Shown: positions 40,283-54,800, counted from the first letter of the stretch. The stretch: DNA of 64,000 bases from Ramazzottius varieornatus (GCA_001949185.1 BDGG01000001.1:8093067-8157066), one strand, 5' to 3'. Notes: generated by a model not told the origin, from the sequence alone. Program-made: numbers and translations.

Positions 40283-43200
40283 ATTTCCACAACGAAAACC
40301 CAAAAGCTCTTTTTATTTGAGAGATGAGCCCGCCGCTGACTGGCACATGAGGTGTGTTTCTCGGATGCTCCACCTTGTTTTGTCTGGAAAAAATTAAGTT
40401 GCTCATAAAAACCGCGAAGTTTCATATAAGAGATGAGATTGCCCGCGCCTGACTGACCCCTGACTGCAATTTTAAATTGTTCAGGAAGCCGTTCTTGTTC
40501 GGGGTGTGGGAGATACGTGCCAAATTCCTGATAATATTTTGTGGAGCGGTTAATTCGGGGCCGGACACCACAGGCGGAATATTGACAGCAAATAACTGCT
40601 GACTTATAAAAGGTTATGCATCAGGTCAGCGAGACGAGTCGAATCGCCAGTTTCCGACTAAGCTGCTGGGTAGCGCCTGGATGTCAAGGAGCTACTCCGG
40701 CGTCCGCAAAAGGGTGTGTCGATGGAACGCAAGGATCTGTCAGGTCGAAAAAGGTTGCTCGCGTCGAGCCATTAATGCAGAACGTTTTCTGGGCCGAGCG
40801 AAACGACTTTTACTCAAGTCTGTCACCACTTCGATGGGCGATCCGATTGTCCAGTCATGGCCTTACCGTAAACTTCCTGCTGTAAAATGACGCGCTGGTC
40901 GACCCCGGTGCGTAAAAGTTTGGATTCATAAACCCTACCGAGTGCGTTACAACGGACACGCAGGCAGCGCTCCGCTCATCGCTTTTGCGTCTGGGTCCAT
41001 ACTCAAAGGGGAGAGGGGAAGAAGGTAAGGGAGATAGTGAGACAGTGGAGCGTCGAGTGGTACCACTTTCACGCTAGTCATCCGGTAAGTTCTGGTACGG
41101 GACCAAACGCTGCACTAGTACTAGCTAAATATTTTCGATATCAGCTCGCGCGTTTACGAGTGCGTTGGTTTTTGCAGATCCGATTTTGTGCGACGTCCAG
41201 AAGCAAGTAGTCATCGGCAAGTGTCCGGTCAAAACTATTTTATTCTGATTACTCCGAAGTCAGGACAAACCTCAAACACCCTGCAGCTGCTTACAGAAAG
41301 GCGCATATTCGGTCTTCGCAGTACGCTCACAGACTTCCAAGTGCAGCGACGCCAGTGTGAACACCGCTAGTCACGTTCTTCATCATAATTCCTGAGCGTT
41401 TTCTCCCTTATCTCATCATGTATAAGTTCGAGGAAGGTATGGCACTTTTCCATAACAAACTAAATTTCGCAGTACCTTGCACATGTGCTGGTTTCGGACA
41501 ATATAGTTACTTATGACAGGGTCGATCACAGCGGCGCAGACTGGCGGTAGACCTGAAAACTCACATTTCAAACCCTTGATGGACAGACTGCTCCTCCGAC
41601 ACCTGGATCTTGAGTCGAAGGGTTGACCAGCTCCTTGCGCCTGCGATTGTCAACCCTACAGCACTCTAGCAGAGAAGGGAGAACCACTTTGCTGTAAGAA
41701 TTTCGGGCTGGACAGTTCCGATATTTTGAAATTGTAGTAGGATTCGAAAGATGGATGAAATTATAATCGATAAGTGAAATGCCTAATGTAACAATTCAAC
41801 TTTTTAACGTTGCGCCAACAGCGTGGTGAAATGCGGGTGGCTGCATTAAATTTCGAGGTTTTGCGTTTTTTGGGGCCTGATTGGGCGAATAGGTGTGCTT
41901 AAGTGCGTGTTGCAATCGCACGATGGAGCAAGGAACGACGCTTACTGCGCTGTTTCGTGAGTCACTCGCAGTGCATCGTCTTATGCTCAGAGTTGAAGCC
42001 AGGTCCCGACATTTCTTCCTACCAACCCCCTAAGGACTGTTTCGAGAACAATACGATGTACGCTCGAGGTTTCAAAGGCCACTAAAGTACCTGATCAACC
42101 AGCGTGTCGGTAGTTGGTGCCTGGAGTACAACATGCTTCGTGCTAAACATGCGATGCACACTCCTCGCGCATGGAACGGGGAACAGGTGGGATGGCTGCA
42201 AAAAAACGCTCACAGAAAAGACACAGAAAATTCTGCTGAGCGGTGGTGTGCATGCGCTGGGAATTATTTTAGCCAATGAACTGCCCGTGCACAAGTTGGG
42301 TCATTAGCAAGAATTGTAGCTCAAACGAGCAGTAACACTCAGTGCACGCCCTTCTCGAGGCGCGCACCCGGTCGGCTTACTAGCCCAATTTTTGCGCCAC
42401 TTCACGGTATCTTGCTAGCCTGGTAAACTCGCGCGCGTCTACCTCCTCTTACGTATCGGAAAAGATCAAACTTGCCTTTGCGGCGATGCGACTTTTTTTT
42501 TCTTGAACATCCCTTTATTTCGGAGGTGAAGTCGACCCATCTGTAATATTTATGAACCGTCCATTTACTCTAGCCGATTGAGGTCCAGCTCAAAACGAAA
42601 GAAAGCTTTCAGTACAACGTCCCGGTAATTTTGCTAAACAATTGACGTACCCATCTATCTTTTATGTACCCTGGAAAGCAGTGTTTCGGCTCGTATCTGC
42701 TCAATGGTCTTTCCTTTTCGCGCGTGATGAGCCAGAACATCCACTATCAGAAAGAAAAATCAAAGAGAAGATTCAGAGCACGAAACGAGGAGGCAAACCA
42801 CAATGTTGTAACGGAAGAAATTTCCGAAAAGCGGTAAATGTTATTCCGGCCAGGAAACTAATCAAGTCCTATCCGTTGAGACTTCAATCAGTCCAGGAAC
42901 AAGTGCTATATCAGCCTATTTGACTCGAGCGACGAGTGCAAGTGCGATTGGGCTCTCATCCAGATTAGGCTTATCCATAAAGGTAAATTCATCAGTGCTG
43001 TCACCAAAACGAGCCCTATGTTTTGAAACGATTTTCTACAGCTCTGCCATCCTTTACCACCGCTGCAAGGCACAGAAAAACGGCTGTTAGGTTTCCTTGC
43101 GATTGCGGTCTGGACTTCAGGTCGTTTATGAAAGCACGCGAAAGAATTGCACGGAAGAAGAACAAAAGGAACAACAAGGATGTTCTCGCAACTCCCCCGA

Positions 43201-45850
43201 TGTCGAAATTGGTCAACCAATTTCGGCAGACAGCTTTGTAACGATAATCAGTAATTGCAGCTTTCGTACCATTATTAACGAACTGAGGTCGCTATCTTCG
43301 TTGGCGCCATCAATGTTCGAGTAGTCGTGGTATAGAGGTTTTACAGATATGTGACGTGCCAGTAGTTATTGTGTCCTTGTTCATGTCAATTTTCAGACAG
43401 CTCTTATCATCATTAAGTTCGTGTTCTGTAGGGTCTGTTCAATATAGGCGCAAGTCCGGTTTGAGCTGGCTCTTGGGATGCAAAAACTTTGAGAAGTTCT
43501 TTTGAACAGTTTGGTCAGACACCATTTGGACGCATTCTCGTATGCAGATACCTAATTCTATTCTCCTGGTATGGTCATGGAGGAGATTTTTATTGACTGT
43601 TTTGAAGGAGTCTGTGTGGTGTCGGTGATCGGGCTGCGGATGACTAACTGTGCGTCTTTGTAGGAAAAATTGGCGAAAGAACCCAACCTTACCTGTTGCA
43701 CGTTCTTTTGTACATCCGGAGACGCTGTCAGTACCTGCAGCCGCACGGAGTCTGAGAGCGAAGGTCAATTTAACGTGGCCGGCCAGAGTTAAATCGTTGT
43801 ACAGAACGATAATGCTTTACGGCAGAACAAAAATCATCCATTGTGTTTCCATTCGGAAAAGTCCATTGTAGACCCATAGCTAAAGAGCTGCTGGGTAAAT
43901 TCCAAGAGTTTTTCGTTGTGTCTCCTGGAGCGATAAACGTCAAAGTAGCTAATTTTCGTGGTGGGGGACTGTCTTGATCATCATTTCGTCAGATGCAAAG
44001 ATCAAAGAACTCAAATACTTCCCTCGATTGATACTTATCTAATTTGTGATGACCTTTCTTTTGACCTGGCCATAGGATTGATGAAACTTCAAGCCGCTTA
44101 TCTTATCTTTCTAATCTCCCACGATAAACGTAAGTGTGATACGCGAACTGTTTTGTGTAAAGCGCTATTCTGATTGCAGTTCTCGCTGGTGGGAAACACG
44201 GCGACAGGAAAATCTTGGCAGGTCGGAGTGAGATGCACAGCACCGTGCCGCGTACCAGCAGGCGCATTTTCCCGTTCTCCCTCTCTTTCATGACAAATGC
44301 TTTCATAGTTGTTCTGTTACTCGAGGTCAAGTTTACCGGCCCTACGGCTCGTTCGTGTTTTTGGTATTGACCGTTCGTTAAACTCATTTGCACCGATCCG
44401 TTATCTGAAATTTACATGCCTTATAGGCCCCATTCCAAATTGTTTTGCCGCTGGAAAATATTACGAAAAGCGTTCAAAATTGCGGCCGGTTTAAATAAGC
44501 GTCAAATCCATTTACCATCTATCAATGCGAAGTAACTCGTAAAACTTCGTCAAGATCATGAATCTACTGCATGTACCCACCCCGCTACAGTGTAGTGATC
44601 ACGAGGTACAATCAGCAAACGCTTGTAAATCGTATAACAGATGCTCTTTCAAGACAGACGGAGGACTCTGAGAAGAAAGTGGGCTTCGGTGCGGAGCACG
44701 GACGGTGGACCACACTCGGTTTAACCAAATCCTTGTGATAATCTGACCGATAATTCTTTTGTGTTTTGCTCCATGACACCTGGCGTTCACACCCAGTACA
44801 TGTGCAACACAGTACATTTCTATTTTTCCAGCGCGAAAGGTAATTGATTACGCTCAGGTAACTGATTACGCGTACGGGAACCAGATGGAAACTCAATATT
44901 ATAAAGCCTTTACCGACAACGCGAAAAATTTACATCCTTTTGCGCCCTCACCCGCTTCCCGAACTATTTCGAATATCACCGTGTTACGCGGTATGTACTT
45001 AAATGTGAGATTTGTGGTGCAAAAATCGGCCATCGGGATAAAGTTCCCAAATTTCAAAATCAGGCTTTCTCGTTAACGTCAGGATGGGTTTTAACATTAC
45101 CTTTCACGTCTCTTACCGCCGAACAGCATTAGACTAAATTCACAGACGGAGAGCTCGCCAAACAAACAAAACAAAATCGTTTTCTGAGGTGGTCTGTTAC
45201 GAGTTCTATTAGCTGAAAATGTGCGTCACTTTGAAACCAAATTCAGAAAAGTTGTTTACCAAGTGGCGCACGCTTTCGGCCGAAAACAATGAAAACGCGC
45301 GCTACTTGCTGCCCGATCTTCCAAAACATATTTGCCGAGCGCTAAAGTCAGATGAGATAATGCCAGCATAAAAGGGATACTTGGCAGGCCATTGGCTATA
45401 AAAGCGCAAAGGGCGGTGCTTAGTGGCAATAGAAAACGGACAGTTTCTGCCACGCCTCCGTCAGTTTAGGGCTTTATTTCAGATTTAATTTCGTTGTTTC
45501 AGGCTCCAGTCGGATGTTTCTGTGCATTTCATTTTTTCCACTTAGATAATTCTAGTTTCCCTCAGGCTTAGGCTTTTCTGCGCTCTGTTAGCACTTGTAG
45601 TACGATGGAACTGCAGAGAGCGGAAAACTATTGCGTAGAACGGACCGTTGCCTGATTTTGCCGTTGCAGCCGCTTCTTCTTTGCGATAGCATTAAGGACG
45701 AATTTCTGAAAAATGCTTCCTTTCTTCTGCGCAGTGTCTTACTGACGTAATTGGTTGGCCTGCACTACCTGCCAAGTATCCATTTCCTATCAGCATCCAC
45801 TCAGATTATGCTCAGCGAACAGCACACCACAAGACGTACTATTTATGTTA

Positions 45851-46006
45851 CAGTGTCCGAAAAACAAACCTTCAAAACTGGGCGTCAGTGGAAACCAGCT
45901 GGCTTTAGCCAATTAAATCTGGAGATTTATTCAACTCCCAGTGTGATTCGCTACCCGTAGATAAGAGGCCCCACCCATTTTCGAAGATCTATTTTGTCGG
46001 ACACTG
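45851..46006 (+). mobile_element. Tc1-type MITE copy 1 (TA TSD)
   Basis: ta|cagtgtccga...tcggacactg|ta. Confidence 0.9.
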
Positions 46007-46259
46007 TACCAAACGTTAACGCCAATGAAACTACGAAGTGGCGAGAAGCGAAGGGATATCCGCCTAGCGAGCCACGCGGATGATGCTTTTAAGATAAGCG
46101 ACGCGAGCAGGACAGCCAGAAATCCGCGCCAGCCTACGGAGTTCCGGAAAGAAATTTAGTGTACGCTTAGCAAGTCACCGCATGATGCGCGAGTTTGATA
46201 AGTACAGACGCTGACCTTTTTGACATAAACCTTGTTTCTTTGTTTAACTCGGCAAAGTA

Positions 46260-46409
46260 CAGTGTCCGACAAAACAGATCTTCGAAAATGGGTGGGGCCT
46301 CTTATCTACGGGTAGCGAATCACACTGAATAAATTTCCAGATTTAATTGGCTAAAGCCAGCTGGTTTCCACTGACGCCCAGTTTTGAAGGTTTGTTTTGT
46401 CGGACACTG
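46260..46409 (-). mobile_element. Tc1-type MITE copy 2, inverted, near-identical to copy 1
   Basis: Reverse complement of 45851-46006 except a 6-bp indel and a few substitutions; TA on both sides. Confidence 0.9.
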
Positions 46410-47502
46410 TATCCCGACATGACGATGGACATCTTAGACGTTGAAGTAGAGAGAGTCGTTAAGCTGATGCAGACAAGTGTGTGAAATGCATCTGTGTAAA
46501 GACGTGACCGCGTTCACCCTTCATCGTCAGTGCAGAACCAGATGCTTGCGTGAAATAGTGCAGCCTGTTCACTGCTTTCATTGTTGGAAACACAATTTTT
46601 CTCGTGTAAACTTCCGATCAGTCCATTAGCGTATAAGTTTACCGAAGAAGTACGAGGTGAAAACAGCGATGTTGTCAACGCAAGATCGCATGAAGGAATT
46701 CTCAACAGCGAAAAGAGCTTACGTGTATTGCCTATTCTATCTTCAGTGATTTACAAGTCCTTCAAGCGATCTTGAATTGAAAACTCGGCTATTTTCACCT
46801 TGTAGTCGAGTGAGCTAGCCATAAAAGCTCATCAAAACTTTGCGCTGATCCTTGGGCTACACTTTGGCTGTTCAGAGTTCCCATAAAACTGTCACGTGAT
46901 GAGAAATCGGCAGCCAAACAGACTATTAATTCCTTGTCCGGACCTGAATGCTCACCAATTGATTGATCGTACCAGCGATCCGATGGTCACATGATCAGAC
47001 AGTAAAAAGTGCGCTCCGCATGACACATGCGTCCGGTTTCGTACATCTAATTACAAATTCGACTCTGGCTACGACGTGGGTAACCAGGTGGAGCACGGTG
47101 GAGCACAGTGGAGCGCGGTGGAGCACAAGGGAGTTGTACAGCAGGCCGGTTACGGTCCTGATACCATCAGCACCGGTGGAGACCGAAGCGCGCGGAACGA
47201 CTGGTGGTCGTGGAGCAGTAGGCCTGACACTGCTTGTTGGCGCAGTGGAGTGATAGACGACTGGCGAGCAATGATGTCGTTCAGTTGATTCGGATCTGTC
47301 GGAGGGTAACAATATCCAAAAACAGAGGTTAGAGATTGGTAGAACTAGAGCACAAAGAACTAGAATTTGGTAAAACTAGAATTAGAAATTAGTTGAAGAT
47401 TAGAGGAGAAATGTGAAAGTTTTCAAAATGTAGAAGGTGCAAGTTAGAAAAAAGAAAGCAGAAAGGATGAGAAATCAGAGACCAGAACCGGTTGGAGCGG
47501 GT

Positions 47503-48476
47503 TTAGAAATCACAAGAATGGAGAGACCTGTTCTCTGGTTCGGATTGTTGGTATTTCCGTTCAGACGCTTGTTTTCGTTTCAAGACAGCCACGCATCTCC
47601 AAGCAACCACCACCAAGAACAAAAGAGATCCGACTACTGCCACACCAACAACGAGTTTTACGTCGGGGCTGGACGAAGTAATGGAGGGGGAGGTGATGGT
47701 GCTTGGGAAGGTGGATGTGGTAGTGCTGCTAGAGGAAGTGGTGGCAGAGCTGGAGGGAGCGGTGGATGGCAGTGAAGGCTTCTGGGAGTTTGTTTTGCCC
47801 GTCGATGCGACAGAGAAGAAGCCGACGTCAGGATAGCGAGGCGCCAAGCGCAGAGTCCAGTTTCCTAACTCTAACTTCAGGTCCTCATAGGCACTCTAAT
47901 CCAGGACAAGGATAAAGTCTAGATCACGCGGCACCGCATCAGTTCAGATTCTTTCCGCGGTTCAGGTTTTGAAATAACGTTGAAAACGTGGCGGCTTGTG
48001 ATCATAGCTACGGTCAAAATTTCAGTTTGCTGGGGTTGAGAATCTGAAATGTTGTGTGCCGTGCAGTTTCTTCTCGCTGTTGCGTGGTTGATTTGTAAAT
48101 TGTAATGGTAACTGGAGAAGAACTCTCACTGTGGCTGTTTTGTGGGGTCCGATTGTGCTGCCACTGAGTCTCCGGGGCAGACTGCTGAATTGCATAGCTG
48201 ATCAGCCATTCCGCATAGCGCACCCCTCTTTCCATATGCTGCAAACAAAACTTGCTTACTTCTAATTTACAAGTTCGAAATATCTTCTCTTTATAAAAGC
48301 TGTAGCTTGCATTTCCCTTGCCGTTTTCATCGTCGTCCTACTCGTGACTCTCACTTTCTTCCCATTTAGCGGCATCTTCTTCGTCGTTGCTCACATCTTC
48401 GTTCTGCTTTATCTCTTCGTTCCCCGACCTTGTTTCGTTTCCCGGTGTATCCATCGTGCTTTCCTGTGGTTTATCC
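47503..48476 (-). pseudogene. Decayed gene fragment: acidic segment, Ser/Thr-rich stalk, single TM helix, basic tail
   Basis: NEDVSNDEEDAAKWEESESHE*DDDE; PSTAPSSSATTSSSSTTTST; LVVGVAVVGSLLFLVVVAW followed by KRK; in-frame stops upstream. Confidence 0.4.
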
Positions 48477-49339
48477 TACAATATAAGGAAAATATAATTA
48501 TTTTAACGTTCTCAAAGAACTAGCAGATATTAGGTGCGGAAATTGACGTGTCCCCTGTTTTGAAACGCCAACTTCGGAAATTTTTTGTCCCGTTCAGGCC
48601 AAGTATTTCATCCCAAATTTTTAGCGATATGATGCACTATTATCTAGCATTTGGGTATGCTCATGGATGTCCAAATCATGAGTGTTCGCCGAGCCGCAGA
48701 AACAGTTAAGCGAAACTTACGGGAGGACAGCTCTTTTGAGCGCCCAGTTCCCTTTGGAAACCCATCGCATGAAATCGAATAGAAAAGACGAAAATCTAGT
48801 TGGCAAATGTTTCAAATGTGTCGCTTCGAAAAGGGAAAAGTCATACTTCCGCACCCAATATTTTCTTTCGAGTTAAAAGCACGATAGGAATGTCGTTTGG
48901 TGGTAGACAGCTAATGTGTGGTAGGTTGATTGATTGAATATCTGTTGCTTCGTACGAAATTACGGACAGAATTGCCTGCTTTATGGCGATACGAAATCCG
49001 TCACAGTGATCTGGGATTGACTGACCTCCTGTTTAGGAGCTTTTGCGTTCTGTACAGCTTCCGCTGCAGCCTGGATCCCCACCAGCACTCCCCCTGTTAC
49101 GGCGGCAGTGCCTGCCGTTGCGGCTAGTTTCTTGTCAAGTTGGACCATCTTGCTAGGAACCGAAGGCTTGATAACTCCATCCAGGTTGTTCACTGAGCTC
49201 CACGGTGTAAGAAGGGGTCATACGTCTCCAGGGCATGGTCGGGATATCCTGGACATAATCCTACCGTCTAGGTTCCGCGGAGGAACATTGAGATAGTCTA
49301 GCTAAATGATCTGAGTTTAAAATTGTTTGTTTACAGGTA

Positions 49340-49492
49340 CGAGGGAAAGGTTGTTGAGTTAGCCACCCAAATTTCGGTTGTTGAGTTAGCCACACCTTAT
49401 AACTAGTAAGCCTTTCGATGCCCACTCCTAATACCCGCTGGCTAACTCAAAACCTCTGCCACAGGCCGGCTAACTTAACAACCGTTCCCTCG
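49340..49492. mobile_element. mariner-type MITE (TA TSD)
   Basis: ta|cgagggaaaggttgttgagttagcc ... ggctaacttaacaaccgttccctcg|ta, with a duplicated internal ggttgttgagttagccac motif. Confidence 0.85.
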
Positions 49493-51805
49493 TACTGTAA
49501 AAATTCGAGGTATGGTATTTCGGATGCACCGAATTTTCAGAGCTCTATCCATCCACAAGTAGTAAACAACATACCCAAGTATTCACGTTCAGGTCTCTTC
49601 TCAAAAAGGCTTCCGCTAGCTGTGGCGACATTCTTCGTGAGCGCGCCAGCAAACAGAACCGAAAGAGATAAAACACAACGACAATAAGAAGCTTCATTTT
49701 GGTTGGACGCTTAGGATATTCAAGCGTTGAGGGACGAACGTAATCGACTTTGGATCTGCACGTACGGATAAATCGGTTCTGTTTTCCTGAAACCTTGTAC
49801 ACAGAAGCAGGGTAGGTAGCCAAGCGACCAAAAGAGCCAAACGGAGCCTGCGTTTCGATTAGGTGCGGAAGTATAACTATTTACTCCCCCGACGAAGATT
49901 TTCAATAACCTTTCCTGACTTCGAGCCTCGGTATTTTTAATCAGGTTATCCACCTATACCAGCAAGTCACTTCACTCATTTCTTCGGCAGCGGATTCATG
50001 TCTGTACTGTAGGAGCATAGGGGAAGAGAAAACATAAACTCTCCACAACTATTTTTTACAGCCTCCCCAGAGGAAATTTTTCTTTCTTGTTTTTGTCATT
50101 CTTCCACATACCATAGAGGTCTAGTCTTCAGCTACCGTTACGCCGGGCAGATGGATTTCATACCCGTCTAGACTTTAAAATAGCAACCAGACAGTAAGCA
50201 TAATTTTCCCTTGGTACCGTTCACAATTCGAAATTTTCTATGGTACTTTCGCTGTTTTGGAATTTTTCAATTTTCGCTTTAGAACGTCCTATAGAGCCCA
50301 CTTATTGTGGCTGGCAACAATGCGATCTGAGATCGGTTCGCTCACGTTCACAACCGGGTAGAGGAAGGCAAAACCCTGCGTTAGTTGTAAGGTGCGCGAG
50401 GTAAACGGGGTATCCGATTCCCTCAGTTTTTTGCCTTCCCGTTTCGTCTAAATGTCCAGCGGGGATTTATTGAGACATCTTAAGGTCTCGTACGGATTCT
50501 ACGAGAGTTTAGAGAAAATCGGATTCAACGAACTCCCGAGCACGTTGTTGTCCACCTTCAGTGTCGGTCTTCCGTAGGAGTGACTCCCGAGCAAAAAATC
50601 TTCAGACCGGAGAAGATTTCCGCAAATCCCTACGGTATAATTGTTAGCTGCTTTCTTGCAAGATATGAATCATATCTTGTTGCTCGAGTGGGATGCGACG
50701 GCGCCTCGAAAAAATTCATAGTTTTGAATGGCTCAAAATTTGGTTTTCCACGATTGAGACAAAATTATTCCTACTTCGCCGCGTAGCTGAGAAAATCAAA
50801 ACAGTGGAACGCCAAACGACAGTCAGGAGGTAACAAAGTAACGAAAAAAAGCTTCAGGACAAAAGGACAAGGGGGACTAGAACCATGACTTTTTGAATTT
50901 AACGTGTCCCAGGAGTAACCAGTCATGCTTCCTCACCTGATATGTAGCATTTTCATTTGTAACCGGCACCAACGTAGCCTTATGTCTCTGAGGTTACAAA
51001 GCGATTATTCTCTCGGTTCGAATACGTGCAGCGTATTTGTCGTTTTCTTGCAGATGGCGCACCTCAAAGAAAAGATCTGACCACAATGGTGGACTACAAA
51101 GTAGATATATGTGAGAAATTTGCACGCTGATTCGCGCACCTGCAGTGTATGCTACGGTTCGACGTATAACAGCCTTCGGCTCGAGCATCACTTTTTCGCC
51201 ACAATTGCTCGTTTTCGTTCCGAAAAGCGTGCCAGTAGCCCGATGGCAGGAGGCATGAAGTGTGTTTGCATTTCTGTTGGTAACTTTCCGAATTTTTCAA
51301 GTGTTTTCACGTTTTCAAGCTGAACCGTATGACGAACTAGTGCACTCACGGATACTGAAGCAGTCTTCGATGACCACAATGCTTGGTGGACAGTGGGCGC
51401 TCCGCGTCGTGCGAAACGGAGCTCGGTCATTAAAAGTGTCACCCATATAAACTGGCGCGCATTTAAACGAATGCTGAAGTACTATTGTCTGCCTTTTTCC
51501 GAACATCAGCTATAAAAAATCATATTTCTGTTTAAGGCCACACGGTCCTTTTGCAGAGACCTTCAGACCTTTTGCAATTAAACTGCGAGACGCGGAACCG
51601 AGGACAAAACGAGTTTGGATAGCAGCAGAAATAGCTTGATTCGGAGTCTCGCACACGTCATGTGAAATGAGAAGAAAATGTCAAGGCGTTACTTGAACTA
51701 AAAATAGCTTCTCGTCGATCCCACAAGTTACAGTGCGCATGATCGGTCTTCTGAACATACGTTCGCTCGCACATGCACAGTGGCAATGTTTATCTGAATA
51801 ATGTT

Positions 51806-54800
51806 CTAGTTATGACGACAAGCTTCACAAAGGCGTTTTCTTGTTTTCGGATCTTGTTTCCGACACTTCGGGTTGAAAGCTTGACAAGCTATGTGACAAC
51901 GATTTTTACACTGGGTGCAAGGAACCAGCTTCTCTGCTGGACTTTCTTGCTTGTCGCAACGAGTGCAGCTGTTGACGAATTTGTTCTTGGTTTTCGAGTT
52001 GGTTTCATTCGGGCTCTTTGTTCTACTGGAGGCTAAGGAAGGTGCGACGGGCACAGTTACTGCAGAAGAAACAAGAAACGTTAGACCGCATTTCAGTACA
52101 GTTATATCAGCAGCCCGTCAGCTACTTACTATCTTCCGCTTGCACGGTGATCGATGGAAGCACAGCTGCAACGACAAATCAGGAATCATTAATAGTGCTG
52201 CTTCCTAAGACATATTACAATGAGCGACTCACGCTGGGCCGCGGTCTCTATGGATGCGACTTTCATGTTGTCCTGAGAACCAACGGGGATTTCTTTTGTG
52301 CCGGAGGCGGATGGTTTGCTCAAGCGCGTAGTCTGAGTGTTTACAACAGTAGCACGTGGTTTCTTTTGCAGGCGCTGTCCGATCAAACCGCCGTTCTCAG
52401 CCGTAGTGGCTTCGACCTTGAAAGAACCACTCATAAAAGAGGTCGCAGCGAAACCAATAACCCAGTGACTTCACCTGGTCCTTATCGGACGAGACCAACG
52501 ATTCGGCCCCAGCTCTATCCACCACTGTACGTCTACTAGACTTGAAAGGCGGAGGATCCACATCACGTAGAAAACGCGGTGCTGCATCGTCGACGATTTC
52601 CGGAGTGCGCTTCTTCTCTGAAATACACGCTTAGTAGCGCATGAATCACCAGGTGCGCTGTTAAAAATTTGATTAAAACACGCAGGGCGAGAAATTATGG
52701 TACAGTAAAAAATGGAACAGGCCTTTTTGCTACAGCAGTAAGGAAGCACGTACGTAGGCGACAGATTCACAGTAATAAGCTTTTTCGGAGAAGGTATTTC
52801 CACACCGCTTCTGGTTGGGTGGTGCAAATAGCCATCGACTATTTTCACCCAGAAGGTGAAAATGTAGTGAAGTGATCAGGTTCAACATTGTTTTTCCCGG
52901 ACAACATATTGAGCTGTTCCGTTGTGAACCATTCCGTAGGCAAACCCAGACATCTTTTGTTCTTCTCCACGCGATCTGGTCCCGTGAATATAAACGAAGA
53001 GTTGGAGCCCTTGGGTGAATTGCATTGAATGACGCTGAAGCTGACGAGAGGCTTATTCGAAAGGCCTGTGAGGAGAGGTATGAATTCGTCTTCGCGGACC
53101 GCAACGACGTTGCTTAGTGGAAACACCTTGAAGCATTGCTCCATCTGCGAGAAACACACGCCGTTCTGAAACCCGTTTTGCAATGGACAGGGAACGGAAC
53201 GCATCACTTCTAGTGTACAGTCTCGGTCGTAGACGATGGCTACCCCATGGTCTCCATTCTCTGTCTCGTATCTTGTGATCCTGTTGTCCGATCCTCATGA
53301 TTCAAACACCGTCACCGAGAGCACACTTTTTACTTTCGGGTCACGTGACCGTCATACCAGTAGCTCAGTCAATCAGCCGGTAAGCGGGGGCGATTTGAAT
53401 CAGGAAATACAACCCACTTTTGGTAGCGTATCCATCGTCACGTGACAGGCTCAGGGCAAAACCTAAACAGCTAAAATGTAGCGCAATCATCGCTCTATCG
53501 ATGGCATTAAAAAGAAACTCCGGGAAAAAATTCTCACAAAACGTTTTTGTATGTGTGCAATAGCCTACTTTATCGGAAACGTTAGGCAGTTTGTTTCTCT
53601 TCTTCCTCATTTGCCAAAGTTTTACCTTTTAGCTATGCTCGTTAGAGAGACCAGCCTTCGAGCTACACAAGTATGCAAATTTTGAAAAAATCGGATGAAA
53701 ACAGAGGAAGGTATTCAAAATAGAAGCATCCCGTCCATGAAATAAGCTGCTAAATAGGCTGTAGGACCCATACGGAAAATTTTTGTGAGAATTTTTTCGC
53801 GGAGTTTCTTTTGAGCGCCATCGATAGAGCGATGATTGCGCTACATTTTAGCTGTTTAGGTTTTGCCCTGAGTCTGTCACGTGACGAGGGATACGCTACC
53901 AAAAGTGGGTTGTATTTCCTGATTCAAACCGCTCCCGCTTACCGGTTGATTGATTGAACTACTGATGCGACGGTCACGTGACCCGAAAGAAAAAAGTGTG
54001 CTCTCGGTGACGCTGTTTGAATCATGAGGATCGGACAACAGGATCACAAGATACGAGACGGAGAATGAAGACCATGGGGTAGCCACCATCTATGACCGAG
54101 ACTGTACGAAGTTAGCGATTGGGAACATGGTCTTAGATTGGCTTACCCAATCAAAATCGAAGTTTCATCAATCAAATCAGAAGTACTTTTTTTTCGGTGC
54201 CATGGCCGCCCCATAAGCAATAGTTTGATCTATTCGATAGAGGCCGCGTCGGCTCTGTGACAAACCTGCATTGTATTGAGTTAACCGTAACTCACCGCCA
54301 CTTTATTCTGTCTCAGTTGGCTGATCGCACTGCACAGGTTTGCTAATTGCATATTCAGATCCTTTGGATCCTTCGCCCTTGTACTGCTCGTTAACGACCG
54401 GCTGAGCTGTTCGCAGTTGTCAACTATATAGTACTCGGCAGCTTTTGGTATGAGGCTCTGAAGGGCAAAAGGTTCGATCTTGGTTTTCCACTCTGCGTGT
54501 CCGGTCTCATCCAAAAACTCAAAAGGAAGTGGTGTCAAGACAGACCAGAATCATTTCATCGAAATGTCAAAACATTAGCCGGCTCGGACTTGCCAGTTCT
54601 GCAGCAGCAATGAGCATCGAATAGCTCTCAGCAATTCTGTTCTGGCTGTTAGTGATGTTTTTCAAGCGCTGAGGAACCGCACGCCGTAAAGAGAACGCCC
54701 TGGAACAGTCTGTCTTGTTTGCATACCCAGGCAAACCAAGCTCTCGAAATGACGAGATAGGCATTCTGTTGCTGTTTGAAAATTTCGAAGTCTTGTTCCG

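Noticed and set aside
42900-43900. Hydrophobic minus-strand stretch suggesting a receptor or channel
   Set aside because: Many stops, only one hydrophobic segment, no family motif.
49870-49953. KIFVGGV as an RRM RNP2 motif
   Set aside because: No RNP1 motif at the expected distance.
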